Below, piece after piece: positions 27,845 to 36,729 of a DNA stretch of 36,729 nucleotides. The DNA lies in assembly GCA_044349205.1 (NCBI GenBank), contig JBIKRJ010000003.1, positions 1-36,729 of the forward strand. Direction: 5' to 3'. The stretch comes from Cytophagales bacterium. Lineage in GTDB: Bacteria > Bacteroidota > Bacteroidia > Cytophagales > UBA9547. The notes under the pieces were generated by a model. That model worked only from the letters and a program-made list of their open reading frames with translations, had not been told where the DNA came from and did not search any database. Each line of letters begins with the position of its first letter. The first letter of the stretch is position 1. The position numbers were made by a program, and so were the translations under genes.

Positions 27845-28693
27845 TTATAATTTCAGCAATTCGTCTTTTACTTGCTCCATCAGCCACATGGGAGTGGAAG
27901 TGGCGCCACAAATGCCAACATTTTCACCTTTAGAGAAACTTGCGGAGTAAAGCTCGTTTACTTCCGAAATAAAAATAGTGTTGGGGTTGGTTTCTTTGCA
28001 CACATTGTACAACACCTTTCCATTGGAAGATTTTTTGCCCGACACAAACACTACTTTATCATATTTCGAGGCAAAGGTACGCAAGTCTTTATCTCTGTTC
28101 GAAACTTGTCTGCAAATGGTATCATTCACATCTACTTCAATTCCAGAGGCTTGCAATCGGTTAGAAATAGTGTAGAAACTGTCGGTACTTTTAGTTGTTT
28201 GGCTGAAAAGAGAAATTTTCTTTGGCAGGGTTGTTACATCCAATTCCTCCCAACTTTCAAAAACCACCGCCTCGTCGTTGGCTTGCGCCGAAAGACCTAT
28301 GACTTCGGCATGCCCCCTTTTGCCATAAATGTACAATGGTTCTTTCTTATCGTATGAGTTTTTTATCCTGTTTTGAAGCTTAAGTACTACAGGACACGAG
28401 GCGTCTATCAATTCTATGTTGTTTTCCAAGGCCGTTTTGTAGGTAGAGGCGGGTTCGCCGTGGGCTCGTATCAAAACCTTGCAATTGGATAGCTGCGAAA
28501 AACGATCTAGGTCAATTATCTTCAGGCCTTTGGCTTGCAGCCTTTTTACCTCTTCGTCGTTGTGCACAATGTCTCCCAAACAATACAACTGACCTTCCTC
28601 TTCCAAAATCTCTTCGGCCATTTCAATGGCATACACTACTCCAAAACAAAAACCCGAGTTGGGGTCAATCGTGATGTGTAGGTTTAGCGACAT
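27845..28693 (-). CDS. ispH: 4-hydroxy-3-methylbut-2-enyl diphosphate reductase
   Basis: GFCFGV, IVHN, RAHG, DASCP, HAEV, SQTT, DTIC, SSN and GATSTP; three Fe-S cysteines are present. Confidence 0.95.
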   Translation of the reverse strand: MSLNLHITIDPNSGFCFGVVYAIEMAEEILEEEGQLYCLGDIVHNDEEVKRLQAKGLKIIDLDRFSQLSNCKVLIRAHGEPASTYKTALENNIELIDASCPVVLKLQNRIKNSYDKKEPLYIYGKRGHAEVIGLSAQANDEAVVFESWEELDVTTLPKKISLFSQTTKSTDSFYTISNRLQASGIEVDVNDTICRQVSNRDKDLRTFASKYDKVVFVSGKKSSNGKVLYNVCKETNPNTIFISEVNELYSASFSKGENVGICGATSTPMWLMEQVKDELLKL

Positions 28694-29369
28694 GGTTGTT
28701 TGCTTTATTCTTTAACCACAAAAAAGACCAAAGGTTTGGCAAAAACAGCAAGAACGAATATACATGGTCTTCTACCGGAATGGTGCCCACCCTTATACCA
28801 AGGTTTTCGGCATTGTTATAAATGACCACAGGCCAAGATGTCAATACACCGTTCACAATGTAGAATGGTATCAAATGTAACAAAAAAGCCAACCAAAACT
28901 GCCCCAGTGTGTGATTGTTTAAACTCAAAGCTGCCACAAGCAACAATAACGCACCCAAACCAAAATTGACAGAAGTGTACAATTTGTCGAAAAACGAAAC
29001 TGCCAATACTCCCAAGACTATCGCAAAAAACAACGCAATGGGCCTAGCCAAGCGATAAAACCAATTGGGCTGTCCAAAAACTCCCACACATTCGTAAATG
29101 AAAATGCAGGCAAAAGGGGTGACAAGAAAAAATAAATATTCTTCTAAAGGAAGCCCCCAAAAGCGAAATGGCATCACATACAAGGGGTTGAACTGCCAAA
29201 CACCCCAACGAGTGAATAAAATGTCCCATATAACGAAGAAAGTACCTACTGCCAACAATCCGGGAATAGTATGTTTCCAATATTGGCTGTACGAATACCT
29301 TTTATTGTAAGAAAGGGCAATAATGGGGACAATGGTGAATAAATTGAGAATGAGGTAGGTAAACTGCAT
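28665..29369 (-). CDS. Membrane-type fused lycopene beta-cyclase (CrtYcd-like)
   Basis: Two homologous hydrophobic halves: WD...GVWQFN...GLPLEEYLFF and VNGVLT...VIYN...GTIPVED. Overlaps the ispH start by 29 nt. Confidence 0.88.
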   Translation of the reverse strand: MQFTYLILNLFTIVPIIALSYNKRYSYSQYWKHTIPGLLAVGTFFVIWDILFTRWGVWQFNPLYVMPFRFWGLPLEEYLFFLVTPFACIFIYECVGVFGQPNWFYRLARPIALFFAIVLGVLAVSFFDKLYTSVNFGLGALLLLVAALSLNNHTLGQFWLAFLLHLIPFYIVNGVLTSWPVVIYNNAENLGIRVGTIPVEDHVYSFLLFLPNLWSFLWLKNKANNHVAKPTHHD

Positions 29370-29399
29370 ATTGTGAAAACTAACTAAAACAGCGAATTG

Positions 29400-30107
29400 T
29401 TATTTTTTTATCAATCCATTCAAAGTGTCTTCTATGTATTTAGGGTCGTAATAGCCTATCATACGCAGAGCTTGCGTACCATTTTTGTACCAAATCAAAG
29501 TGGGTACTTCGTCTATTTTGTATTGCTGTGCAATAATGGGGTTCTCGTCCACGTCTATCATCACCACCTTCACATCTTGGCTTCTTTTTTTGCCAAAACT
29601 TTCCAGTTCGGGCGAAAGTTTGCGACAAGGACCACACCACCTGGCCGAAAAATCGACCAAAACAATGGGTTGGGAGCGAATTAGTTCCTGATATTTTGAC
29701 ACGCTTATTCCCTTGGCTCCTTCTGTCTTCACTTTTTCAACTGCTTTGCCTTCCTTTTCCCAGTTCAGCATGCCACCGTCTAGCGAATACACATTTATGA
29801 ATCCGTTTTTCTTGAATAATGCCAAGGCTTCGCTGCTTCTTTTGCCTCGTTGGCAGTACAAATAATATGTTTTCGACTTGTCAAGTTTTTGTATTTCGGT
29901 TTCAAATTGTGGGGAATAAAAATCGATATTGCTTGCCGAATGAAGATGCGCCGCCGAAAACTCTTCGCCTGTGCGCACATCGAGCAAAACCCCTTTTTCG
30001 GTCTGCATTTTCTTTTCAAACTCACTTGGCGGTAGAAGTCCTTGGCCCTCGCCATTGGTGCAAGCAAACAGTAAGAAATAATGAAGCAAAATGAATAGGT
30101 AGCGCAT
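29400..30107 (-). CDS. Lipoprotein with rhodanese-like domain fused to thioredoxin
   Basis: Lipobox LLFA|C; LLDVRTGEEF...HL...YCQRGKRS...LDGGMLNW (rhodanese); VLVDFSARWCGPC...VDEN...VPT (thioredoxin). Confidence 0.9.
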   Translation of the reverse strand: MRYLFILLHYFLLFACTNGEGQGLLPPSEFEKKMQTEKGVLLDVRTGEEFSAAHLHSASNIDFYSPQFETEIQKLDKSKTYYLYCQRGKRSSEALALFKKNGFINVYSLDGGMLNWEKEGKAVEKVKTEGAKGISVSKYQELIRSQPIVLVDFSARWCGPCRKLSPELESFGKKRSQDVKVVMIDVDENPIIAQQYKIDEVPTLIWYKNGTQALRMIGYYDPKYIEDTLNGLIKK

Positions 30108-30289
30108 AGTGTTTGGGTATTATACAGGCAAAAATGCACTTAAATTATTGCCGATAAAAGCACAGCAGCACAATTTGATTGGAATTTGTGTTGTGGGCAA
30201 ATTGACAAAAACGAAATAACGTAAGCACAGGACAATGACTGTTTTTCCTTTATTCTAAACAAGCATCGGGAAAATGGCATTATTCCTCG

Positions 30290-30297
30290 TAAGTTTG
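30290..30297 (+). promoter_or_regulatory. -7 box (TAAGTTTG) for ilvA
   Basis: Exact TAnnTTTG match 16 nt upstream of the ATG. Confidence 0.55.
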
Positions 30298-30313
30298 GGT
30301 TTATTTTTGCAGG

Positions 30314-31564
30314 ATGAATGCAACCCTATCAGTTGAAGAAATAGTAAAGGCAAGTGCTCGCTTGCACGGGGCTATTTTTCATACTCCCATCCAACTAAAC
30401 CTAAACCTCTCGGAAAGGTATGGATGCAATGTGTACCTGAAAAGGGAAGACTTGCAAAATGTGCGTTCGTACAAAATTCGGGGTGCATTCAACTTCATCA
30501 GTAGCCAAACACCCGAAGCCCTTGCCAAAGGAATCGTGTGTGCCAGTGCAGGCAATCATGCGCAAGGTGTAGCGCTTTCTTGCCAAAAACTAAACATAGT
30601 GGGCAAAATATTTATGCCCAATACCACACCCAAACAAAAAGTGAAACAAGTGCGCATGTTTGGGAAAGAATGGGTAGAAGTTATCCTGACGGGCGACACT
30701 TTCGACGATTCGTACAACGAAGCCCTTCAGTATTGCCAAAAAAATGAGATGCTTTTCATTCATCCTTTCAACGACTACAAAGTGATGGCAGGACAAGGCA
30801 CTGTGGGTTTGGAGATACTGAACGACATGGACGTGCCCATCGACTATTTGTTTTTGCCTGTGGGGGGCGGTGGGTTGGCTGCTGGCGTTAGTACCTATTT
30901 TCATGCCAAAAGTCCTGCCACCAAACTGATTGGGGTAGAACCCGCCGGCGCACCCAGTATGGAACAGTCTATCAAGGCGGGGAAATTGGTCGTGCTTGAC
31001 AAAATAGACAAGTTTGTGGACGGTGCAGCCGTAAAAAGTGTTGGCGAAAAGACTTTTGCCATTTGCAAAGAATTGCTGGAAGACGTGGTCTTGGTGCCCG
31101 AAGGAAAAGTTTGTTCCACCATTTTGAAACTTTACAACGAAGAAGCCATCGTGGTAGAACCGGCAGGCTCTTTGGCTATCGCGGCTTTGGACTTTTACCA
31201 AGACAAAATAAAAGGCAAAAACGTAGTGTGTGTGGTTAGCGGTAGCAACAATGACATAGCACGAACCCAAGAAATAATAGAAAGGTCGCTTATATACGAG
31301 GGGCTGAAGCATTACTTTATTGTAGATTTTCCGCAGCGGGCTGGCGCTTTGAAAGAGTTTGTAAACGAAGTTCTAGGCCCTAACGACGATATTACGCGTT
31401 TTGAATACGTGAAAAAAACCAATCGAGAGGAAGGGCCTGCCATAGTGGGTATCGAGCTCAAAGACCAAAATGACTATGAACCCTTGGTAGATCGCATGAA
31501 CAAAAAAGGCTTCCGCAACATCCACATCAACGAAGACCCCACACTTTTCAACTACATCATCTAA
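30314..31564 (+). CDS. ilvA: Threonine ammonia-lyase, biosynthetic, short form with one regulatory domain
   Basis: YLKREDLQNVRSYKIRGA (PLP lysine), ASAGNHAQG, GQGTVG, PVGGGGL, VSGSN and HYFIVDFPQRAGALKEF. Confidence 0.95.
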   Translation: MNATLSVEEIVKASARLHGAIFHTPIQLNLNLSERYGCNVYLKREDLQNVRSYKIRGAFNFISSQTPEALAKGIVCASAGNHAQGVALSCQKLNIVGKIFMPNTTPKQKVKQVRMFGKEWVEVILTGDTFDDSYNEALQYCQKNEMLFIHPFNDYKVMAGQGTVGLEILNDMDVPIDYLFLPVGGGGLAAGVSTYFHAKSPATKLIGVEPAGAPSMEQSIKAGKLVVLDKIDKFVDGAAVKSVGEKTFAICKELLEDVVLVPEGKVCSTILKLYNEEAIVVEPAGSLAIAALDFYQDKIKGKNVVCVVSGSNNDIARTQEIIERSLIYEGLKHYFIVDFPQRAGALKEFVNEVLGPNDDITRFEYVKKTNREEGPAIVGIELKDQNDYEPLVDRMNKKGFRNIHINEDPTLFNYII

Positions 31565-31583
31565 AACAATACGCTGCCAAAAG

Positions 31584-32249
31584 ATGTGGCTCAAGGATTT
31601 CCTTAAATCGAACCTTTTCTTCCTGCTTCCTTTTTTTGCATTTGTAGTAGTGGGAGGTGTGTTGCTTAACGTGCATAGCAAAGAAGTATTGCTATTGGCC
31701 GTAAACTCGCGTTTCTCGGCTTTTGGCGATGTTTTCTTCCGTTACTACACCCACCTGGGCGATGGCGTTACGTATCTTATATTAGGTATTTTGATGTTGG
31801 TTTTTGTTTCCAAGTACAAAGGCTTGCTCATGATTGCTTGTTACGCCCTTACCTCCATTCCTGTACAACTTATCAAACGCTTTGCTTTTGAAGAAAATTA
31901 TCGCCCAAGAGCCCATTTTTGGTTCGATTCGCACAAGTTGCATTTTCCCGAAGGCGCCGAAGAGTTGGTTTCGCATAGCTTTCCAAGCGGGCATTCTGCC
32001 ACTGCCTTTTCTATGTTCTTGTTATTTTCTTTCTTCCTAAAAGACAAAATGATGTCGCTATTGTTTTTTGTGATGGCGGTATTAGTGGCCTATTCGCGCA
32101 TGTACTTGGCAGCCCACTTTTTTGCCGATGTCTATGGCGGGTCGCTGATTTCGGTTTGTATTACCTTATTGGTTATTTACTTGTTCGAAAAACAATTCAA
32201 ATTGTCTGAAAAAGAGCAGCTTGAAAAAGGCTTACTCAACATCAGATAA
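31584..32249 (+). CDS. PAP2-family membrane phosphatase
   Basis: K...RP, SFPSGH and SRMYLAAHFFADV catalytic motifs; several TM segments. Confidence 0.92.
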   Translation: MWLKDFLKSNLFFLLPFFAFVVVGGVLLNVHSKEVLLLAVNSRFSAFGDVFFRYYTHLGDGVTYLILGILMLVFVSKYKGLLMIACYALTSIPVQLIKRFAFEENYRPRAHFWFDSHKLHFPEGAEELVSHSFPSGHSATAFSMFLLFSFFLKDKMMSLLFFVMAVLVAYSRMYLAAHFFADVYGGSLISVCITLLVIYLFEKQFKLSEKEQLEKGLLNIR

Positions 32250-32298
32250 AAACCACGCGTTTTCTACCTTCTGAAGCGCTTACTTCGTACAGCTACAC

Positions 32299-33504
32299 AT
32301 GTTTACCATTGGCATACTCCGAGAAACCCGCATACCAGCCGACAGCCGAGTAGCCATCACGCCCATGCTTTGTCTGGAGCTTTCCCGAACCTACCACATC
32401 AGATTTTTGGTTCAGCCCTCGCCCTTTAGAATTTTCAAAGACGAAGAATACCGCAGTTTGGGAATAGAAATAAGCGATGACTTGAACAGCTGTGACGTAC
32501 TTTTTGGGGTAAAAGAAGCAAGCCCCGAAACCCTCATCGCCCACAAAAAGTATTTTTTCTTTTCGCATACTACCAAAAAACAACCCCACAATCGTAAGCT
32601 GCTACAAGCCATCATCGAAAAGAAAATCACGCTGATAGATTACGAAGAAATAAGAGACATACACCAAAAAAGATTGGTCGCATTTGGTCATTTTGCCGGT
32701 TTGGTAGGCGCCTACAATGCCCTGTTGCATTACGGGAAAAAACACGGTCTATATGCTTTGAAACCAGCACACCAGTGCTATGATTTGAAAGAAATGGTAA
32801 AGGAGCTGCAGAGATTGCAATTGCCCCCTATCAAAATTGTGCTTACAGGCACTGGCCGAGTAGGAAGCAGTGCCCGCGAAATATTGCAGCATGCCGAAAT
32901 AGAAGAAGTGAATACCACCGATTTTATCTCAAAAAAATTTGATAAGCCGGTTTTCTGCCAACTAAAATCAGAGGATTTTATGCGTAGAAAAGATGGCGCC
33001 CAATGGAATTCAGCCCACTTTCACCAGTTTCCCGCACAATACGAGTCTTTTTTCCTGTCTTATGCCAAAGTAGCCGACCTGCTCGTTGCGGGTGCTTTTT
33101 GGAACCCGGCCGCTCCAGCTCTTTTTTCGAAAAAAGACATGCTCTCGCCCGATTTCAATATAGGGTTGGTGGCCGACATCACTTGCGACATACATGGCTC
33201 CATCCCGTGTACTGTCAAAACCTCCAGTATTCCCGACCCAGTGTACGATTACAATCCGCAAACCGATGAAGTTGAACCACCTTATTCCAAATCGGGAAAT
33301 ATTACGGTTATGGCAGTCGATAATTTGCCTTGCGAACTGCCACGCGATGCTTCTGAGTCTTTCGCACGCCAACTTAGCCAGCACGTTTTTTATAATCTGA
33401 TTGTAGAAGACAAAGACTTGATTCTGAATCAAGCTACGATTGTGAAGGAGGGCAAACTGACCATCAAATACGCTTATTTGTCCGACTATGTATTAGGTAC
33501 CTAA
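32299..33504 (+). CDS. AlaDH/PNT-fold oxidoreductase, lysine-ketoglutarate reductase/saccharopine dehydrogenase-like
   Basis: IGILRE...DSRVAITP, GVKE, FFSHTTKKQ, LIDYE...RLVAFG, TGTGRVG, DITCDIHGSIP and MAVDNLPCELPRDAS. Confidence 0.82.
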   Translation: MFTIGILRETRIPADSRVAITPMLCLELSRTYHIRFLVQPSPFRIFKDEEYRSLGIEISDDLNSCDVLFGVKEASPETLIAHKKYFFFSHTTKKQPHNRKLLQAIIEKKITLIDYEEIRDIHQKRLVAFGHFAGLVGAYNALLHYGKKHGLYALKPAHQCYDLKEMVKELQRLQLPPIKIVLTGTGRVGSSAREILQHAEIEEVNTTDFISKKFDKPVFCQLKSEDFMRRKDGAQWNSAHFHQFPAQYESFFLSYAKVADLLVAGAFWNPAAPALFSKKDMLSPDFNIGLVADITCDIHGSIPCTVKTSSIPDPVYDYNPQTDEVEPPYSKSGNITVMAVDNLPCELPRDASESFARQLSQHVFYNLIVEDKDLILNQATIVKEGKLTIKYAYLSDYVLGT

Positions 33505-35399
33505 TCCGATTCGCTTAACTCCAACCAACGAAGGGTTTTTTCGTCTATCTCGTGGCACAATTTTTCAATTTCCATTGCCCAAGAACTCAGGTCTTGATGC
33601 GAACCACCGGCGCTGAGCTGGTTGGTCAGTTGCGCTTTGCGCGTTTCCAACAGTGGCAGTTCCTTTTCGATGTTTTCAAACTCCTGTTTTTCTTTAAAAG
33701 AAAGTTTCTTTTGAGAAGTCGTGCTTTGCACGTTTTGAGTGCTGGGTTGTTTTTTGGGGCTAGGTTCCAGCTTTTCCACGTTTTTAACCGACAACTGATT
33801 GCAGTTCGCAGCCAATTGTTCCCTGTATTCGGTGTAGTTGCCAGGGAAATCTTTGATTTTGCCTTCTCCCTCAAAAACAAAAATGTGTTCTACCAACCTA
33901 TCCATAAAATAGCGGTCGTGCGAAACCAGCAACAGACAACCATTGAACTGCATCAGGAATTCTTCCAATATGTTCAACGATTCAATGTCAAAATCGTTGG
34001 TGGGCTCATCGAGCACCAAAAAATTCGGGTTTCGAATCAGCACTTTTAGCAATTGCAGCCTTCGTTTTTCGCCACCACTTAGCTTGCTAACGAAGTTGTA
34101 CTGCATGGCAGGACTAAACAAAAAATGTTCCAGCAATTTGGATGCCGAAATCGTTTCTCCGCTACTGGTTACAATATGTTCGGCTATTTCCCTTACCACT
34201 TCTATCACGCGTTTGTCTTCGGCAAGCGGCGCTTCTTCTTGCGAATAATGACCAAAAATGGTGGTTTGTCCGGGTTGCACATGCCCCATGTCGGGCTTTT
34301 GTTTGCCAAGCAATAGTTGAAGAAAAGTTGTTTTTCCAATTCCGTTTTTTCCTACAATTCCAATACGGTCGCCTTTTCTGAAAACATATTCAAAATTATC
34401 GATGATTTTTTGACCTTGATAGCTTTTGCTAATGTGGTGTACTTCCAACACCTTGCCTCCTTGTCGAGAGGTACCCAGGTTCAGTTCAAGCTTATCGGTA
34501 TTGCGTTTTTGGCTGGCTTTTTCCTGTATTTCATAGAAGGCGTCGACACGGTATTTGGCTTTGGTGCCGCGTGCTTTGGGTTGTCGGCGCATCCACTCCA
34601 ACTCCTTTCGCATCAAATTTCTTGCCTTCTCCACTTCCATGTCTTTCACATATTCGCGCTCGGCTTTTTTCTCTAAAAAATAGGCGTAATTGCCTTTGTA
34701 TCGATACAGCTGCCCGTTGTCCAATTCCACCACTTCGTTGGCTACGTTGTCCAAAAAATAACGGTCGTGGGTCACTATGAGTACTGTGTGAAAGCGCTCG
34801 TGGATGATATTTTCGAGCCATTCAATAGTTTCCAAATCCAAGTGGTTGGTAGGCTCGTCCAAAATGAGGAGGTCTGGTTCGGCAATGAGCACCCGCGCCA
34901 TGGCTACGCGCTTGCGTTGCCCGCCCGAAAGTTGGCTAACCAGTCGGTCTTGCATGGGGCCTATGCCCAACTTGCCAATAATCTGTTTTATCTTGACTTC
35001 ATAATCCCATGCTTTTAGGTCTTCCATCTTTTGCATGAGGCCTTGAAGGCGTTCGTGGTAAGCGTCGTGGTCTTCCGGATGTTCCAAACATTTTTCATAT
35101 TCCTTGACCGTGGACATCAAAGGATTATCGACCGAAAAAATATTGTCGTACACGTTTTTATCTTCTTCAAATACAGGATTTTGTCCCAAAAAACCCACTT
35201 TTACACCCTTGTTTACACTTACCGAACCACCGTCGGGGGGAACCAAACCCGAAAGAATACCCATGAGGGTAGTTTTACCACAACCGTTTTTACCTACCAA
35301 TGCGACTCTTTCCCCTTCGCCAATGCCAAAAGAAAGGTTGCGAAAGAGCCACTTTTCATCGTAGCTTTTTGAAATGTTTTCGGCCGATAGATAATTCAT
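33501..35399 (-). CDS. ABC-F family ATPase (Uup-like)
   Basis: Two NBDs (GKNGCGKT/LSGGQ/LILDEPTNHLD and GKNGIGKT/LSGGE/LVLDEPTND), no TM segments, linker ELEWMRRQPKARGTKAK and C-terminal KLSFKEKQE...RWLEL. Confidence 0.93.
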   Translation of the reverse strand: MNYLSAENISKSYDEKWLFRNLSFGIGEGERVALVGKNGCGKTTLMGILSGLVPPDGGSVSVNKGVKVGFLGQNPVFEEDKNVYDNIFSVDNPLMSTVKEYEKCLEHPEDHDAYHERLQGLMQKMEDLKAWDYEVKIKQIIGKLGIGPMQDRLVSQLSGGQRKRVAMARVLIAEPDLLILDEPTNHLDLETIEWLENIIHERFHTVLIVTHDRYFLDNVANEVVELDNGQLYRYKGNYAYFLEKKAEREYVKDMEVEKARNLMRKELEWMRRQPKARGTKAKYRVDAFYEIQEKASQKRNTDKLELNLGTSRQGGKVLEVHHISKSYQGQKIIDNFEYVFRKGDRIGIVGKNGIGKTTFLQLLLGKQKPDMGHVQPGQTTIFGHYSQEEAPLAEDKRVIEVVREIAEHIVTSSGETISASKLLEHFLFSPAMQYNFVSKLSGGEKRRLQLLKVLIRNPNFLVLDEPTNDFDIESLNILEEFLMQFNGCLLLVSHDRYFMDRLVEHIFVFEGEGKIKDFPGNYTEYREQLAANCNQLSVKNVEKLEPSPKKQPSTQNVQSTTSQKKLSFKEKQEFENIEKELPLLETRKAQLTNQLSAGGSHQDLSSWAMEIEKLCHEIDEKTLRWLELSESD

Positions 35400-35421
35400 G
35401 AATACAACACGTTAAGAAAAT

Positions 35422-35468
35422 AAAAAAGAAGTTGGAATGGATTCTTGAAAAACCACCCAAACCTTCTT
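35422..35468 (-). terminator. Bulged hairpin with U-tract between the OMP and ABC-F genes
   Basis: Minus strand: AAGAAG-gt-TTGG-g-TGG...CCA-tt-CCAA-CTTCTT followed by TTTT. Confidence 0.4.
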
Positions 35469-35489
35469 CAAGCAGATTGAAAAGAAAAC

Positions 35490-36095
35490 CTAGTCTTCTT
35501 TGTACAAAAACTTGTACCCCACACTAAGTACTATTTGCTGAATAGTTTCATTTGGGCTATTATTAGTGGTTTTTCTTATCACACTATTCACACCCATTTT
35601 GTAACGCAAATCGACAGTAATGCCTTTATAATCGACCCCTGCCCCAAGCACAAAAGCTCCCGTTCCAGACCGAATAGATGAACTGCTGCGCGGATTGAAA
35701 ATATCTTTGCCGTCGTATTTGAAACTTTTGAACAAAGTCATTTCAGGCCCTACAAAGAGTCTAACAAGCGTATTTTTTGACTTGAACACATAGCCACCCA
35801 ACAAAATGGGAATGTCGAATGAAGTAAAGTTGACCTTTATTTTGTCGGTATCTTTTTGGTATGTAGTTTGGTCGGCATATTTGAATTCGGGTTGAAAATA
35901 AAGTCTGCCCGTTTTCAATCGGGCAAACACCCCGAATCCGTTTCCAAAGCCCATGCTGTATGACCTTTTGTCCACATCGGTTTGGATAGTAGTCAAAATA
36001 GCTTCCCCTTTTATACCAAGTGCATAGCCGGTTTTGACTTGTGCTTTGGCGGCAAAGGCCGTACCCAAAACTAAAATTAAATATATTTTTTTCAT
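35490..36095 (-). CDS. Outer-membrane beta-barrel ('porin family') protein
   Basis: Signal peptide ending AKA|Q; GVFAR...LYFQPE; FDIPILLG; LGAGVD...VDLRY; LSVGYKF. Confidence 0.82.
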   Translation of the reverse strand: MKKIYLILVLGTAFAAKAQVKTGYALGIKGEAILTTIQTDVDKRSYSMGFGNGFGVFARLKTGRLYFQPEFKYADQTTYQKDTDKIKVNFTSFDIPILLGGYVFKSKNTLVRLFVGPEMTLFKSFKYDGKDIFNPRSSSSIRSGTGAFVLGAGVDYKGITVDLRYKMGVNSVIRKTTNNSPNETIQQIVLSVGYKFLYKED

Positions 36096-36107
36096 GCGAT
36101 TTAAACG

Positions 36108-36729
36108 TTAATCTCCGTCCAATAAATTACCCAATCCTCCTAGCAAACTGCCTTCTTCCCTACGCGAACCAACGCCGTATTGTACCATTCGGCCTGCCAA
36201 ACGGCTGATGGGCAACGATTGTATCCACACTTTTCCAGGCCCTTGAAGCAAAGCAAAAAACACGCCTTCGCCACCAAATAGGGTATTTTTTATTCCTCCT
36301 ACAAACTGCACATCGTAATGTACATGCTGGGTAAAAGCCACAATACAGCCAGTATCTATTTTTAGCACCTCGCCCGCCTGCAACTCCTTTTCTACCACCA
36401 TTCCTCCGGCGTGTACAAAGGCAAGTCCGTCGCCCTCCAGTTTTTCCATAATGAACCCTTCGCCACCAAAAAGCCCCGTGGTCAATTTCTTCTGAAACTC
36501 GATGCCAATGCTCACGCCCTTGGCGGCACACAAGAAGGCATCTTTCTGACAAATGAGTTTTCCACCCAGTTGCAACAAATCCATTGGAATAATACGGCCT
36601 GGATAGGGTGCGGCAAACGTCACTTTTTTCTTACCATGCCCGGCATTAGTGAATCCAGTCATGAATAGATTTTCACCCGTAAGCAATCGTTTTCCTGCCG
36701 AAAACAACTTACCCAATAAGCCACTTTGC
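36108..36729 (-). CDS. AIM24/TIGR00266 family protein, 5'-partial
   Basis: GKRLLTGENLF, CQKDAFLCAA, GLFGGEGFIM, IDTGCIVAF, FGGEGVF and GPGKVWIQSLP; the frame is open to the right edge. Confidence 0.9.
   Translation of the reverse strand, partial: QSGLLGKLFSAGKRLLTGENLFMTGFTNAGHGKKKVTFAAPYPGRIIPMDLLQLGGKLICQKDAFLCAAKGVSIGIEFQKKLTTGLFGGEGFIMEKLEGDGLAFVHAGGMVVEKELQAGEVLKIDTGCIVAFTQHVHYDVQFVGGIKNTLFGGEGVFFALLQGPGKVWIQSLPISRLAGRMVQYGVGSRREEGSLLGGLGNLLDGD

Noticed and set aside
30108-30313. Attenuator or leader peptide for ilvA (G-U hairpin at 30165-30194; MTVFPLF mini-ORF at 30235)
   Set aside because: The mini-ORF has no Ile/Thr codon run, and both elements lie upstream of the -7 box at 30290.

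Overview
Chromosomal window from a Bacteroidota bacterium, probably Cytophagales-like (inferred from TAnnTTTG promoter boxes, an AQ signal-peptide junction and gene content). The left 7.85 kb is one minus-strand ORF missing from the ORF track because it has no stop inside the window. It encodes a >=2615-aa Ser/Thr/Gly-rich surface protein built from haemagglutinin-like repeats, an autotransporter-type repeat, four ~151-aa tandem domains and beta-helix-like blocks. To its right lie tatC, a beta-barrel OMP, a possible glycosylation block (YfhO, gmhA, GT-C/ArnT-like), comM/yifB, an AT-rich XRE-plus-lipoprotein cassette with strong palindromes, ruvC and prfA. Next come a TetR-associated ABC-HlyD-TolC exporter whose only ATPase domain is degenerate, mfd, a partial carotenoid operon (rhodanese-thioredoxin lipoprotein, fused lycopene cyclase, ispH, crtZ), ilvA, a PAP2 phosphatase, an LKR/saccharopine dehydrogenase-like enzyme, an ABC-F ATPase, a second OMP and a partial AIM24 gene. 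I saw no rRNA, tRNA, CRISPR array, integrase or transposase. All family calls come from motif recognition by eye; no searches were run.
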